Source: Candidatus Caldarchaeum sp.
Lineage (GTDB): Archaea; Thermoproteota; Nitrososphaeria_A; Caldarchaeales; Caldarchaeaceae
Reading direction: 5' to 3'
Length of the DNA stretch: 24,000 bases
Assembly (NCBI GenBank): GCA_033580815.1
Contig: JAVQUC010000013.1
Span: 2,655 to 26,654, forward strand
The translations under genes and the position numbers were made by a program. The notes beneath the pieces are model-generated. The model saw only the letters and a program-made list of their open reading frames with translations. It ran no database searches and was not told the DNA's origin. The stretch's first letter is position 1. The number at the start of each line of letters is the position of its first letter. Positions 7,971 to 15,584 of the stretch are shown in pieces.

Positions 7971-8821
7971 TCGATCAGCCCCCTAAAGCGTGTCAAGCCC
8001 ATTATCATAATCCAGCAAAGAATTATCACGAGGTAAAGGTAGACTAGCGATATCGCGGAAGCGTAGCCGATGTTCCACTGCTCAATCCCTAGAGTTCTAA
8101 TGTACTGTGTGATGAACTCCGTAGACAAACCCGGGCCTCCGCCAGTTAGGATGTAGACTTCGTCAAAAACTTTGAGTGAGTCGATTAACCTCAGTAGTGC
8201 AACGAAGGTTAGCGGGAACAATAATTGTGGGAATTCAGCATACCTGAAGATCTGCCAACGTGTTGCTCCTTCGCTCCTAGCCGACAAAATGTATGCTTCA
8301 TTAAGTCCCGAAAGCGCCGCGAGCGACACGAGGAACGTGAGACCTGTCCAATGCCAAACATCCATGATAATGATCGTGAAAAAGGCGTGTGTTTCGTTTC
8401 CAAATGGGTCATAAGGTCCTAACCCGAACAGGTTTAGCAGTCCGTTGAAGATAATTCCAAAAGGCCCATTGCTCCTGACCATGAGGAGCCACATCATGCC
8501 AATCGTGACCGGTGGAAACAACGGCGGCAGTGTTAGCAGTGCCGCAATGACCGCGTTAAGAATTCCTTGGCCTCGCAACATATATGCTAGACCTAGCCCA
8601 AGAGGGATCTGAATAGCCAGAGTAATCGCCGCGAATAATACGCTTCTTCCGACCGCGTTTAAGAAACGATAATCTTTGAACATCTGAACAAAGTATTCAA
8701 GCCCTTTGAACCTGTTCTCTATGGCGAACGGTGTTTGTAGTGAATAATTTAACAACGCAAATATGGGAAATATCCCGACAAATGCCGTAAGAAGAATAGC
8801 TGGCAAAAGTAATTGTTTCAC
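7967..8821 (-). CDS. ABC transporter permease (MalF/UgpA-like, CUT1-type)
   Basis: 284 aa, multi-TM. EAA-loop region LNEAYILSARSEGATRWQIFRYAEFPQLLFPL. GTG start at 8821. Confidence 0.9.
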   Translation of the reverse strand: MKQLLLPAILLTAFVGIFPIFALLNYSLQTPFAIENRFKGLEYFVQMFKDYRFLNAVGRSVLFAAITLAIQIPLGLGLAYMLRGQGILNAVIAALLTLPPLFPPVTIGMMWLLMVRSNGPFGIIFNGLLNLFGLGPYDPFGNETHAFFTIIIMDVWHWTGLTFLVSLAALSGLNEAYILSARSEGATRWQIFRYAEFPQLLFPLTFVALLRLIDSLKVFDEVYILTGGGPGLSTEFITQYIRTLGIEQWNIGYASAISLVYLYLVIILCWIMIMGLTRFRGLIE

Positions 8822-8841
8822 AATGCTTAGCTATACGATTT

Positions 8842-8853
8842 CTATAATATAAA
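8842..8853 (-). promoter_or_regulatory. TATA-box-like element for the permease/ATPase operon
   Basis: The reverse complement reads TTTATATTATAG. It is centred ~27 nt upstream of the GTG start at 8821. It sits in a 161-bp gap after the aldolase gene, which also carries T-runs on the minus strand (CCCTTTTTACGAAAAAATG). Confidence 0.4.
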
Positions 8854-8982
8854 CATATTCCACAATTCAAACCTGACCGGTCCTAAGCTCACATGATTTT
8901 GACACAGGACCAACGAGATATGGGTTTGGCGATGGTCATTTTTTCGTAAAAAGGGTTTTCTAAGTTGATGGATGTGAAGAGG

Positions 8983-9756
8983 TCAGTGTAGTAATCTTTG
9001 GGCCTCGGCGACTGTCTTGCCCTCATGCAGGATCGCCGATAGGGCTTTGACTATTTTGTCGGGGTTGGGATGCTGCCAAATGTTTCTCCCGATGGTGCCT
9101 CCGCAAGCACCAGCGTCCACAGCATCCTTTAACATCGTCAAAACCTCCGTAATGGTGTCCATCTTGGGTCCTCCCATGACCGTAATCGGAATAGGAGTAG
9201 ACTCGACAACTTCCTTAAACTTTGATGAAGGACCTACGTAAGCTGTTTTCACAAGGTCGCCACCGAGTTCAGCGCCCGTTCTCGCTGCGAGTTTAACTTT
9301 TTCGACTTCGTAAATCGTTTTTCCCGACTCGTCGCATGGCACTATTTCTACCATGTATGGCATCCCCCATTCTTCGCACGCTGCCGACACGTTCCATATG
9401 CTTTCCAACATCTTGTGATCTAAGGGGACAGGGCCGAAATAAGTTGTTTTTACAGCCTCTGCCCCGAGCTTAACTGCGTGTTCAACATATTTGTCATCGT
9501 ACGGAATTGAGACCACCATAGGTATTCTGTTTTTGATGCGATTCGTCAAATGTTTTGCCATGGCGGGTGTGACCAAAATTCCCTCCGCTCCCCCGCTGAC
9601 CACCTTCTCAACCACCTTCTCTATTTTTTCAAGCCCAGCGAAGCTGCCAAACGCTCCATGGTCCATTGCCACGATCAAAGCACGGTCATCGTCCCGGAAA
9701 ATGTTACGCAACCGCCTAGCTTTACCAACGGCAGAAACGCTCGATTCAAACATCAT
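8983..9756 (-). CDS. Class I aldolase of the DhnA/FbaB (DeoC/LacD superfamily, COG1830) type
   Basis: 257 aa. The N-terminal GKARRLRNIF...ALIVAMDHG, the candidate Schiff-base lysine context GDLVKTAY, and GGPK and GRNIWQ near the C-terminus match archaeal class IA FBP aldolase, ADH synthase and LsrF-like proteins. The exact substrate cannot be assigned. Confidence 0.85.
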   Translation of the reverse strand: MMFESSVSAVGKARRLRNIFRDDDRALIVAMDHGAFGSFAGLEKIEKVVEKVVSGGAEGILVTPAMAKHLTNRIKNRIPMVVSIPYDDKYVEHAVKLGAEAVKTTYFGPVPLDHKMLESIWNVSAACEEWGMPYMVEIVPCDESGKTIYEVEKVKLAARTGAELGGDLVKTAYVGPSSKFKEVVESTPIPITVMGGPKMDTITEVLTMLKDAVDAGACGGTIGRNIWQHPNPDKIVKALSAILHEGKTVAEAQRLLH

Positions 9757-9813
9757 TCCAATTCAGTTAATAATGTAAAGCCGCGTATTTAAACGTAGTA
9801 CTGTCGTTGCGAC

Positions 9814-9820
9814 AAAAAAA
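9814..9820 (-). terminator. Oligo-T tract (T7 on the minus strand) after the binding-protein gene
   Basis: A plus-strand A7 run begins 12 nt past the stop codon (9832-9834). Archaeal termination commonly occurs at oligo-T tracts. A TATA-like GTTTAAATAC (reverse complement of 9785-9794) follows, for the aldolase gene. Confidence 0.35.
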
Positions 9821-9831
9821 TGTGGGATAAT

Positions 9832-11586
9832 TCAGAGTGGACCGACTTTCTTACCTAGCCAGTTGTTCTCACGTAGGAATTTGTCGATTTCATCCGCAAC
9901 TGTTACCGCTATTTCAGCTCCGGGCAGCTTTCGTCCGAGCCCCTCCATTCCTTTGTCACGGGCGAGCGGTAGCAAGTAGGGATAGACCACACCGATAGCA
10001 TTGTCGGTTCCGAAGAAACTTTTTCCGGCCAAATCCACTAGTGAAACCATTCCTCCCCACATGTCGTCCATCTGCTTAAGGGCCGGTGACTGGTATGTCG
10101 ACAGCCTGACCGGAAGCCCAACTTCAAGGTTTTTCTTCAGTTCGACGGCTTTTGAAACCATGAATGATGCGAAGAGGAACGCTGCTTCCTGTCTAGGACT
10201 GTAGGCGGAAATCACCCATCCTGAGGGGTCGATGTAGCCTCGCGGTTTTCTTGGATGATAGTATGGCGCATACACTGGATATGGTGCAAACTCGAACTTG
10301 CCCCGAACCTTTGAGTCAGCAGCAGCGAGTCCGGTCGCCCAGTGGAAGTAGAAAGGCCACATGGTCGCGTAGTTTCCGTCGAACTTGAAAGCGTCGTGCG
10401 CTTCAACCACTCCGATCTCGTACGCTTTCGGAGGAACAAATTTCAACGAATCTTCCAGCCACCATTTGTACATGGCTTTGCCTCCTTCGCTGTCAAGCTT
10501 ACCGCCGTTTTTCGTCGATGCTCCACCTATCACTTCATCTTTAACGTTAATCCCCCAAGGAGTCGAAACGCCATCAATATGGGTCACTTCAAGCGGCATC
10601 TTTCCCTCTGGAGCGGGGTCTGAAAGCTGGAAGCAGTCATCCAATCCGTCGGCTATGTACCAGCCGAGCCAGTCTCCAGGCTTAACACCGGTGATGTATC
10701 CGTAAAAGTTCTTGTCAGGATCTGTGAAAAATTCTGCCACGTCCCGAGCTTTGTCGGTTGTCCAATCGTCTTCGACCTTCCCTGAACGTTGTGCATCGAT
10801 ATAGTATTGTCTCGGTGTCTTCAATTCGTAGCCATAACGACTTTTGAACTCTTGCTTATTCTTAGGATCTTCGAACACCTCCTTCAAGTAAACTGTTCCG
10901 GCGAAGGCGTTGTAGGCGTGAAGCGCGTAAAGGTTTCCTTTGCTGTCGCTGTAGCTCGCTCTGAGGAAGAAGTCTCCGATGTCGAAATGAGGCGGAGTGA
11001 GCTCAGGCTTTCTCCTTAACAGGTCTGAAATGTTGACAGCGCTTTTGTTATATATGTAGAAGCCGTTCATGTCTTGGTCTGTCCCGATCAAGTCGTATAT
11101 CCCAGCCTTGAGCTTGGCGTCTTCGATGCTCTTGAGGATCGTCTCAAAGTTGGACATCGCCTCAAAGGTCAGATTTATTCCTGTTATGTCTCTAAACCAT
11201 GGAGCGAGATTTTTCTCCTCCCATACCGCGCCGGGAACCGCTTCATACATTATCAGCAACGTTTGTCCGCGGTAAGGCTTCGACGCTCGCACGTAATGAA
11301 TTAGCTCTTCTTCAAGCTGACTCGGAGTTAGCACGGTGTCACGCCCTATCCAATCAATCAACCTGTATACGTTTCTTAGGTATCGCTCATCTTCGGGTCC
11401 GAGGCCCGGTGGAAACGCTGGTGTTGTGGGAGTTGCAACCGCGGTAACCGTGACTCTTTCCGTGATGACTCTGGTGACAGTTTCTCGAGCAACTTCGACC
11501 GGTCTGGAAAGAAATCCGACAACACCGCCAACGACCAGACCTGCAACAGTGCCAGCGGCAATTTTCAGCGCATTTCTTCTATCCAT
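9832..11586 (-). CDS. Large ABC transporter substrate-binding protein, Tat-type signal / N-terminal membrane anchor
   Basis: The track ORF runs to GTG 11658. I prefer the ATG at 11586 (MDRRNALKIAAGTVAGLVVGGVVGFLS). That gives a twin-arginine motif plus a hydrophobic helix and is preceded by GGAG 5 nt upstream. ATG 11616 and GTG 11658 remain possible. A Thr/Pro-rich linker (TAVATPTTPAFPPGLGP) follows the anchor, then ~530 aa of soluble domain, as in the unusually large SBPs of DUF2160-type operons. Confidence 0.8.
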   Translation of the reverse strand: MDRRNALKIAAGTVAGLVVGGVVGFLSRPVEVARETVTRVITERVTVTAVATPTTPAFPPGLGPEDERYLRNVYRLIDWIGRDTVLTPSQLEEELIHYVRASKPYRGQTLLIMYEAVPGAVWEEKNLAPWFRDITGINLTFEAMSNFETILKSIEDAKLKAGIYDLIGTDQDMNGFYIYNKSAVNISDLLRRKPELTPPHFDIGDFFLRASYSDSKGNLYALHAYNAFAGTVYLKEVFEDPKNKQEFKSRYGYELKTPRQYYIDAQRSGKVEDDWTTDKARDVAEFFTDPDKNFYGYITGVKPGDWLGWYIADGLDDCFQLSDPAPEGKMPLEVTHIDGVSTPWGINVKDEVIGGASTKNGGKLDSEGGKAMYKWWLEDSLKFVPPKAYEIGVVEAHDAFKFDGNYATMWPFYFHWATGLAAADSKVRGKFEFAPYPVYAPYYHPRKPRGYIDPSGWVISAYSPRQEAAFLFASFMVSKAVELKKNLEVGLPVRLSTYQSPALKQMDDMWGGMVSLVDLAGKSFFGTDNAIGVVYPYLLPLARDKGMEGLGRKLPGAEIAVTVADEIDKFLRENNWLGKKVGPL

Positions 11587-11783
11587 TTTTTCTCCAGAGC
11601 TCACAAACCTAAACATAGGCACTTCAACTATTAAATTTTTCCCCAAAAAAAACACCACGCAGCTACAGATTCAAAGTTCGAAATTATTTTCAAAATATTA
11701 TAAATGGCCTTACCTAGGAAGTCATCATAAAAATTTTCGTGCGTTAAAGAAATCATTTCCGCCGTGTTTTCTGAAAATGATGT

Positions 11784-12299
11784 CTATGTTTTCATTAGCA
11801 TTGCTTCGGTCGCCTTAACTATTACGAGGATTGAATTTCCAGGCTTGATGTCGAGGCGTGTTAGGCTCTCAGTAGTTATGACTGATTTGATTTCCTGCGC
11901 ACCGCTGAGCTCAACGTTTACGAGGCTTAGAATTTCACCGACGACGACGTCTTTAACGCGGCCCATGAGAACGTTACGGGCGCTCATTTTAAGTTCGATG
12001 ATAGATTTGACGAAACCGGGCTTTTTAGTCGATTGGGCGAGGTAATACTGCTCTAATATTTTATAGCCAAAGTCGGTGAGCCGTGTTTGACCGTGTTTCT
12101 TTCCTCCTCTAATTGACTGAACTGGTTTCCCTCCAAAGGCTTTTTCAATTTCTTTAATCCAGTTCAGGCCTGAGCGATAACTGATGCCCTGGTCAGCGGA
12201 TGCGGCGGCTATGCTTCCGGTTCGACGGACTGCTTCGAGGAATTCAAACCGACTGGGATGCAGCGATACAGTTCGCTCGCCGACGGTGATGGTTATCAT
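11784..12299 (-). CDS. ModE-like transcriptional regulator (N-terminal winged HTH + single C-terminal Mop/TOBE domain)
   Basis: N-terminal FLEAVRRTGSIAAASADQGISYRSGLNWIKEIE matches the ModE/LysR-type HTH. C-terminal SARNVLMGRVKDVVVGEILSLVNVEL...IKSVITTESLTRLDIKPGNSILVIVKATEAML is a textbook Mop (molybdate-binding TOBE) repeat. I use the ATG at 12299; the track uses TTG at 12326. Confidence 0.8.
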   Translation of the reverse strand: MITITVGERTVSLHPSRFEFLEAVRRTGSIAAASADQGISYRSGLNWIKEIEKAFGGKPVQSIRGGKKHGQTRLTDFGYKILEQYYLAQSTKKPGFVKSIIELKMSARNVLMGRVKDVVVGEILSLVNVELSGAQEIKSVITTESLTRLDIKPGNSILVIVKATEAMLMKT

Positions 12300-12328
12300 G
12301 TCGACATGAAGCGATATGAAAGGCAATC

Positions 12329-12344
12329 TTTAAATTTATATAAA
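12329..12344. promoter_or_regulatory. Compact bidirectional promoter core (back-to-back TATA-like elements) between the ModE-like gene and the oxyanion ABC operon
   Basis: TTTAAATTTATATAAA. On the plus strand, TTTATATAAA is centred ~28 nt upstream of the ATG at 12367. On the minus strand, TTTATATAAATTTAAAG lies ~30-40 nt upstream of the ATG at 12299. The whole divergent intergenic region is under 70 bp. Confidence 0.45.
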
Positions 12345-12366
12345 CACACTATTGAGCGGGCTGTCG

Positions 12367-13230
12367 ATGCGAAAAACCAGCCTAACGGCAGTAACGGCCG
12401 CGTCCGTGGTATTCGCGACCATCTTATTAACCGCTGGCCTTAGAGACAATATTTTGAATCCCAAGCCTGTTGTGGTCTACTCAGCACCCACTTTGAGGGG
12501 TATTTCCGACGAACTCGTTAGGTTGGCTGACTTTTCAGTGGACGTACGGGTTTATGGAAGTGTTTTCGCGACAAACTTAATCAAATCGGGGAAAACACCG
12601 GATTTGCTGCTTTCAGTCGATAGCGAGCTGAAAAAGGGTTTGGAATACCGTGACGAAAGAGTCATCGGGATCTATCGTCTTGTCGTTGTCTGTAACAAGT
12701 ACTTTGACGGCGTCGAGGATTTAAAAACGGCTCGGCTGGGAATCGCCGACCCGAACCTAGCCCCCATCGGGTACAGGGCTTTGGCCGCATTGTATCTTCT
12801 TTCGATCTATGAGGGGTTAGACGTCGTCGATGAAGTCGAGGCGAAGTTGAACGTCAAGTATCAAAGACAGGGGGATTCGGTTTTTTTGGACGCCAGAACC
12901 ATCGAGGCTTCCGGCAGGTTTTACATGAGGCCTGACTTGGACGTGGTGAGTTCGCTACTCGAGGCCGGAACAGTCGACTGCATTTTCGCCCACATGCCCT
13001 TCGTCATAACCCGCGAGCTTCCCAACGATTTCAACCTGGTCGAGCTGCCGGAATGCTGTCGCTTCGAAAAGGACCCGCCGATTGACTTCTACGTCGACTT
13101 GTCGACTGGGCGGGTTAGAGTCGGTAGGTTTGAGGCCGTCGCGCTATCTTTTACTGAGAACGGTGATAAGCTCTTACGATTGATTGACAAAATAGACGTG
13201 AGCAAATACGGGTTCAGAAGGATGAGTTGA
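12367..13230 (+). CDS. WtpA/ModA-like oxyanion (tungstate/molybdate-type) ABC substrate-binding protein, membrane-anchored
   Basis: ATG at 12367 (MRKTSLTAVTAASVVFATILLTAG is the signal/anchor); the track starts at TTG 12352. Blocks LGIADPNLAPIGYRALAAL, SLLEAGTVDCIFAHMPFV and FNLVELPE line up with what I recall of the archaeal WtpA family (DPxxxPxGYRxL, ESGELDYFFIYKSVA, FVELP). Context: ModE-like regulator, small permease and small ATPase. Confidence 0.7.
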   Translation: MRKTSLTAVTAASVVFATILLTAGLRDNILNPKPVVVYSAPTLRGISDELVRLADFSVDVRVYGSVFATNLIKSGKTPDLLLSVDSELKKGLEYRDERVIGIYRLVVVCNKYFDGVEDLKTARLGIADPNLAPIGYRALAALYLLSIYEGLDVVDEVEAKLNVKYQRQGDSVFLDARTIEASGRFYMRPDLDVVSSLLEAGTVDCIFAHMPFVITRELPNDFNLVELPECCRFEKDPPIDFYVDLSTGRVRVGRFEAVALSFTENGDKLLRLIDKIDVSKYGFRRMS

Positions 13231-13231
13231 C

Positions 13232-13939
13232 ATGACGATTTTTGCCGTGAAAGTTATTGTCGTTTTAGCAGCGATTTCCTACGTTTCTTTTTTGCTATTA
13301 CCGGCCTTCCTTTATCAAGTCCTTCGTCTTCCGGATGAGGTGTGGACGCCTTTACTGAACTCGGTGTTGTATTCAACTGTTGCGACTTTCATCGTTCTTC
13401 CAGTTGCAATGCTTTTGGCTTTCTACATAAGTAGACGGAGCATGGGCGGCATAATGCCGTTACTCACATTTTCCACCGCCATCCCCCACACCGCTGTTGG
13501 ACTCCTTCTCCTTCCGCTGTTCACCCGAGCCGGAATAGTTGACACAGCACCGGCGGTAGTTGTTTCGATGGTTGTAGTGTCTCTTCCCATCGGAATTGGT
13601 ACCTTGGTCGCGACGTTCACTTCAACTCAGAGGTCTCTCGACGAAGTTCTCCAACCTCTTGGACTCGACGATTTCCAAATCCTGTGGTTTCACGTCAGAA
13701 CCTCTGCTATGGGTGTGTTGACTTCCTTTTTATTAACTTGGCTGAGAAGCTTTTCTGAGTTGGGTGCTTTCTTGATAGTGGCCAACAGGCCTACGACGGT
13801 TGGCATTCATCTCCTTGAGCTTTTTCACAAAGGCGGAGCAGCCGCATCAGTTCCATACGCCGTACTGCTGGGATTTATCGGGCTTCTCTTCAGCACGACG
13901 CTCTTTCTAATCTCTCGGAGAACATCGGCCGTGGTTTAA
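13232..13939 (+). CDS. ABC transporter permease (ModB/WtpB/CysTW-like)
   Basis: 235 aa with about 5-6 TM segments. The EAA-like loop SLDEVLQPLGLDDFQILWFHVRTSAMGV is divergent. The start lies 1 nt after the SBP stop, with an AAGGATGAG SD-like sequence upstream. Confidence 0.8.
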   Translation: MTIFAVKVIVVLAAISYVSFLLLPAFLYQVLRLPDEVWTPLLNSVLYSTVATFIVLPVAMLLAFYISRRSMGGIMPLLTFSTAIPHTAVGLLLLPLFTRAGIVDTAPAVVVSMVVVSLPIGIGTLVATFTSTQRSLDEVLQPLGLDDFQILWFHVRTSAMGVLTSFLLTWLRSFSELGAFLIVANRPTTVGIHLLELFHKGGAAASVPYAVLLGFIGLLFSTTLFLISRRTSAVV

Positions 13940-14599
13940 ATGTTCGAAGTACTCAACTTGGAAGTTGCCAGAAAAAAGTTCAAGCTATACGTTCCGAGTC
14001 TTAGGGCTGAAGGGAACGTGGTTCTTCTAGGACGCAACGGCTCCGGTAAATCGACTCTGTTAAAAACGTTGGTCGGATTCATCAAACCCATCAGAGGCCG
14101 CATTCTACTGAATGGACGAGAAATCACCCGTCTTCCTCCGAGCGGACGGGAGATCGGGTACCTACCGCAGGAGCCCGTGAGATTCCCGTTCGAGCCATGG
14201 AAAACGATTGAATTTTTCGCGAAGAAGTTTCGGGTCGACGGCAAAGCTTTGGTCAGCGAACTGGGTCTCTCGCACCTGCTTGAAAAGAGAGAGCTGTCGC
14301 AGGGTGAAAACCAGATGATCAACCTGGCCGTTCTCATGATGAAGAATCCGAAGTTGCTTCTGCTCGATGAGCCCACCGCAAGCCTCGACTTCATCAACAA
14401 GTTAATTTTCTGGAACCTGTTGAAAAACCTCCGCACAGACAAAATCTACGTCACCCACGACCCGATCGAGGCCTCGCTCGTCGCCGACAAAATCTACATG
14501 GTTGCCCATGGTCGTGTCAGCGGGCCTTACGATAATCCGTTAAGAAATCGGGTTGAAGCAATGTTGGATGAATTCAACCTATACAGGTTCTTCCAATAG
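13940..14599 (+). CDS. ABC transporter ATP-binding protein, short form without C-terminal TOBE domain (WtpC/ModC-like)
   Basis: Walker A GRNGSGKST, Walker B LLLLDEP, H-loop YVTHDP. Signature variant LSQGENQ instead of LSGGQ. TAAATG junction with the permease gene. Confidence 0.85.
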   Translation: MFEVLNLEVARKKFKLYVPSLRAEGNVVLLGRNGSGKSTLLKTLVGFIKPIRGRILLNGREITRLPPSGREIGYLPQEPVRFPFEPWKTIEFFAKKFRVDGKALVSELGLSHLLEKRELSQGENQMINLAVLMMKNPKLLLLDEPTASLDFINKLIFWNLLKNLRTDKIYVTHDPIEASLVADKIYMVAHGRVSGPYDNPLRNRVEAMLDEFNLYRFFQ

Positions 14600-14649
14600 C
14601 TTTATGCCATGGAAAAAATCTTAAGGTGGTGTGACGCGGGAATTGTTTG

Positions 14650-14750
14650 GGGGGTGTAGCCGAGCAAGGCCAAGGCGTCGGGCTCCAGGTCACATGTTCT
14701 GGTCGTGAGGCGTCACCCGAAGACCGTGGGTTCAAGTCCCACCACCCCCA
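14650..14750 (+). tRNA. tRNA-Trp (anticodon CCA) with a 26-nt intron at the canonical 37/38 position
   Basis: Hand-folded. Acceptor GGGGGTG (14650-56) pairs with CACCCCC (14743-49); discriminator A at 14750; no encoded CCA. D-arm GCCG...AGGC. Anticodon stem TCGGG (14678-82) pairs with CCCGA (14716-20). Loop CT-CCA-G. Variable loop AGACC. T-arm GTGGG-TTCAAGT-CCCAC. G1:C72 and A73 fit archaeal tRNA-Trp. The mature length is 75 nt before CCA addition. Confidence 0.85.
14689..14714 (+). other. tRNA intron with bulge-helix-bulge splice motif
   Basis: The outer helix is the anticodon stem. The 3' bulge is T-C-A (14713-15). The central 4-bp helix is CTCC (14683-86) paired with GGCG (14709-12), with one T:C mismatch. 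The 5' bulge is A-G-G (14687-89). The inner helix is TCAC (14690-93) paired with GTGA (14705-08), closed by an 11-nt loop. The intron is too short to hold a C/D-box sRNA. Confidence 0.7.
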
Positions 14751-14753
14751 GCC

Positions 14754-15584
14754 CTACCCGATTCTTCCGAGATATTCTGGCTTGAGGAACCTTTCGAGGA
14801 AAAGCATGAAGACGATGCTTGAAAGCAGCAGAACTATGGCTGTTGCCGACGCGAACTGCATGTTGTAGCCGCTCGCACTGTAGAGTAGCATGGGCAACGT
14901 CACAACCGAAGGTAAACCGATGAAGAACGTTCCCACGAATTCGTCGAACGAGTACAGAAAAACGAAGACGCTGCTGGCGATAATTCCCGGGGTCGCCAAA
15001 GGAAATGTCACTCTGAAGAAAGTCGTGACGGGTGATGCTCCACTGATTCGCGCGGCCTCCTCAAGTCCGGGCGGGATAGAGCGGAAAGTCGCGGTGTTTA
15101 TCCAAATCGCGAAGACAAGACTGGGAACAACATGTGCTAAAACAACTCCAGGAATCGTTCCCACCAAATCGAGTGAGTAGAATACTCTCATTAGGTTGAT
15201 GTAAACGGGCTGCAGCGGAAAAGCCTGTGGCATAAGAAAGAGAAAAATCAGGGCTGGTTTGTAGGGTATTCTGTATCTGGCTAACGCGTAGCTGGTCGGC
15301 AACGATATCAGCATCGTTAGAGGCGTGACGATGAGGGCCACGACCACGCTGTTCCAGAAAGCATCGACTATGCTCACCGCCCCGATGGCCAACCCTCTCC
15401 TCATCCCCAGCGCTTCAAGCCAGTAATCCATGCCGAGCTCCTGCGGTACGGGGCTAGGCCAATACCATCGAATGGCTACGGACCATAGGACAAGGCTCAC
15501 AAACGGTGTGAATATCCACCAGAAAACTAACACAAGACCAACTAGCTTCAATGCTTGAAGCATTGTTTTCCGATTACCGCTCAT
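14754..15584 (-). CDS. ABC transporter permease (PotC-like)
   Basis: 276 aa, 6 TM-like segments. EAA loop LEEAARISGASPVTTFFRVTFPLATPGI. The stop lies 4 nt from the 3' end of the convergent tRNA. Confidence 0.9.
   Translation of the reverse strand: MSGNRKTMLQALKLVGLVLVFWWIFTPFVSLVLWSVAIRWYWPSPVPQELGMDYWLEALGMRRGLAIGAVSIVDAFWNSVVVALIVTPLTMLISLPTSYALARYRIPYKPALIFLFLMPQAFPLQPVYINLMRVFYSLDLVGTIPGVVLAHVVPSLVFAIWINTATFRSIPPGLEEAARISGASPVTTFFRVTFPLATPGIIASSVFVFLYSFDEFVGTFFIGLPSVVTLPMLLYSASGYNMQFASATAIVLLLSSIVFMLFLERFLKPEYLGRIG

Noticed and set aside
1381-9756. Lsr-like (autoinducer-2) system: FGGY kinase (LsrK-like) plus COG1830 aldolase-fold protein (LsrF-like) plus an ABC importer.
   Set aside because: The transporter is a CUT1-type system with two MalK-like ATPases and DUF2160, not the ribose-type LsrACDB. 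No LsrG or LsrR equivalents are present. An MDR dehydrogenase and a SAF-domain oxidoreductase point to polyol or sugar catabolism instead. I keep it only as an analogy.
14650-14750. Reading the long tRNA as a class II tRNA (Ser/Leu) with a long variable arm.
   Set aside because: The extra nucleotides sit inside the anticodon arm rather than between the anticodon and T arms. The variable loop is a normal 5 nt, and the insert folds as a BHB intron interrupting a CCA anticodon loop.
14647-14868. 73-aa plus-strand ORF.
   Set aside because: Its first ~100 nt are the tRNA-Trp gene and the rest is antisense to the permease gene. It is an artefact.
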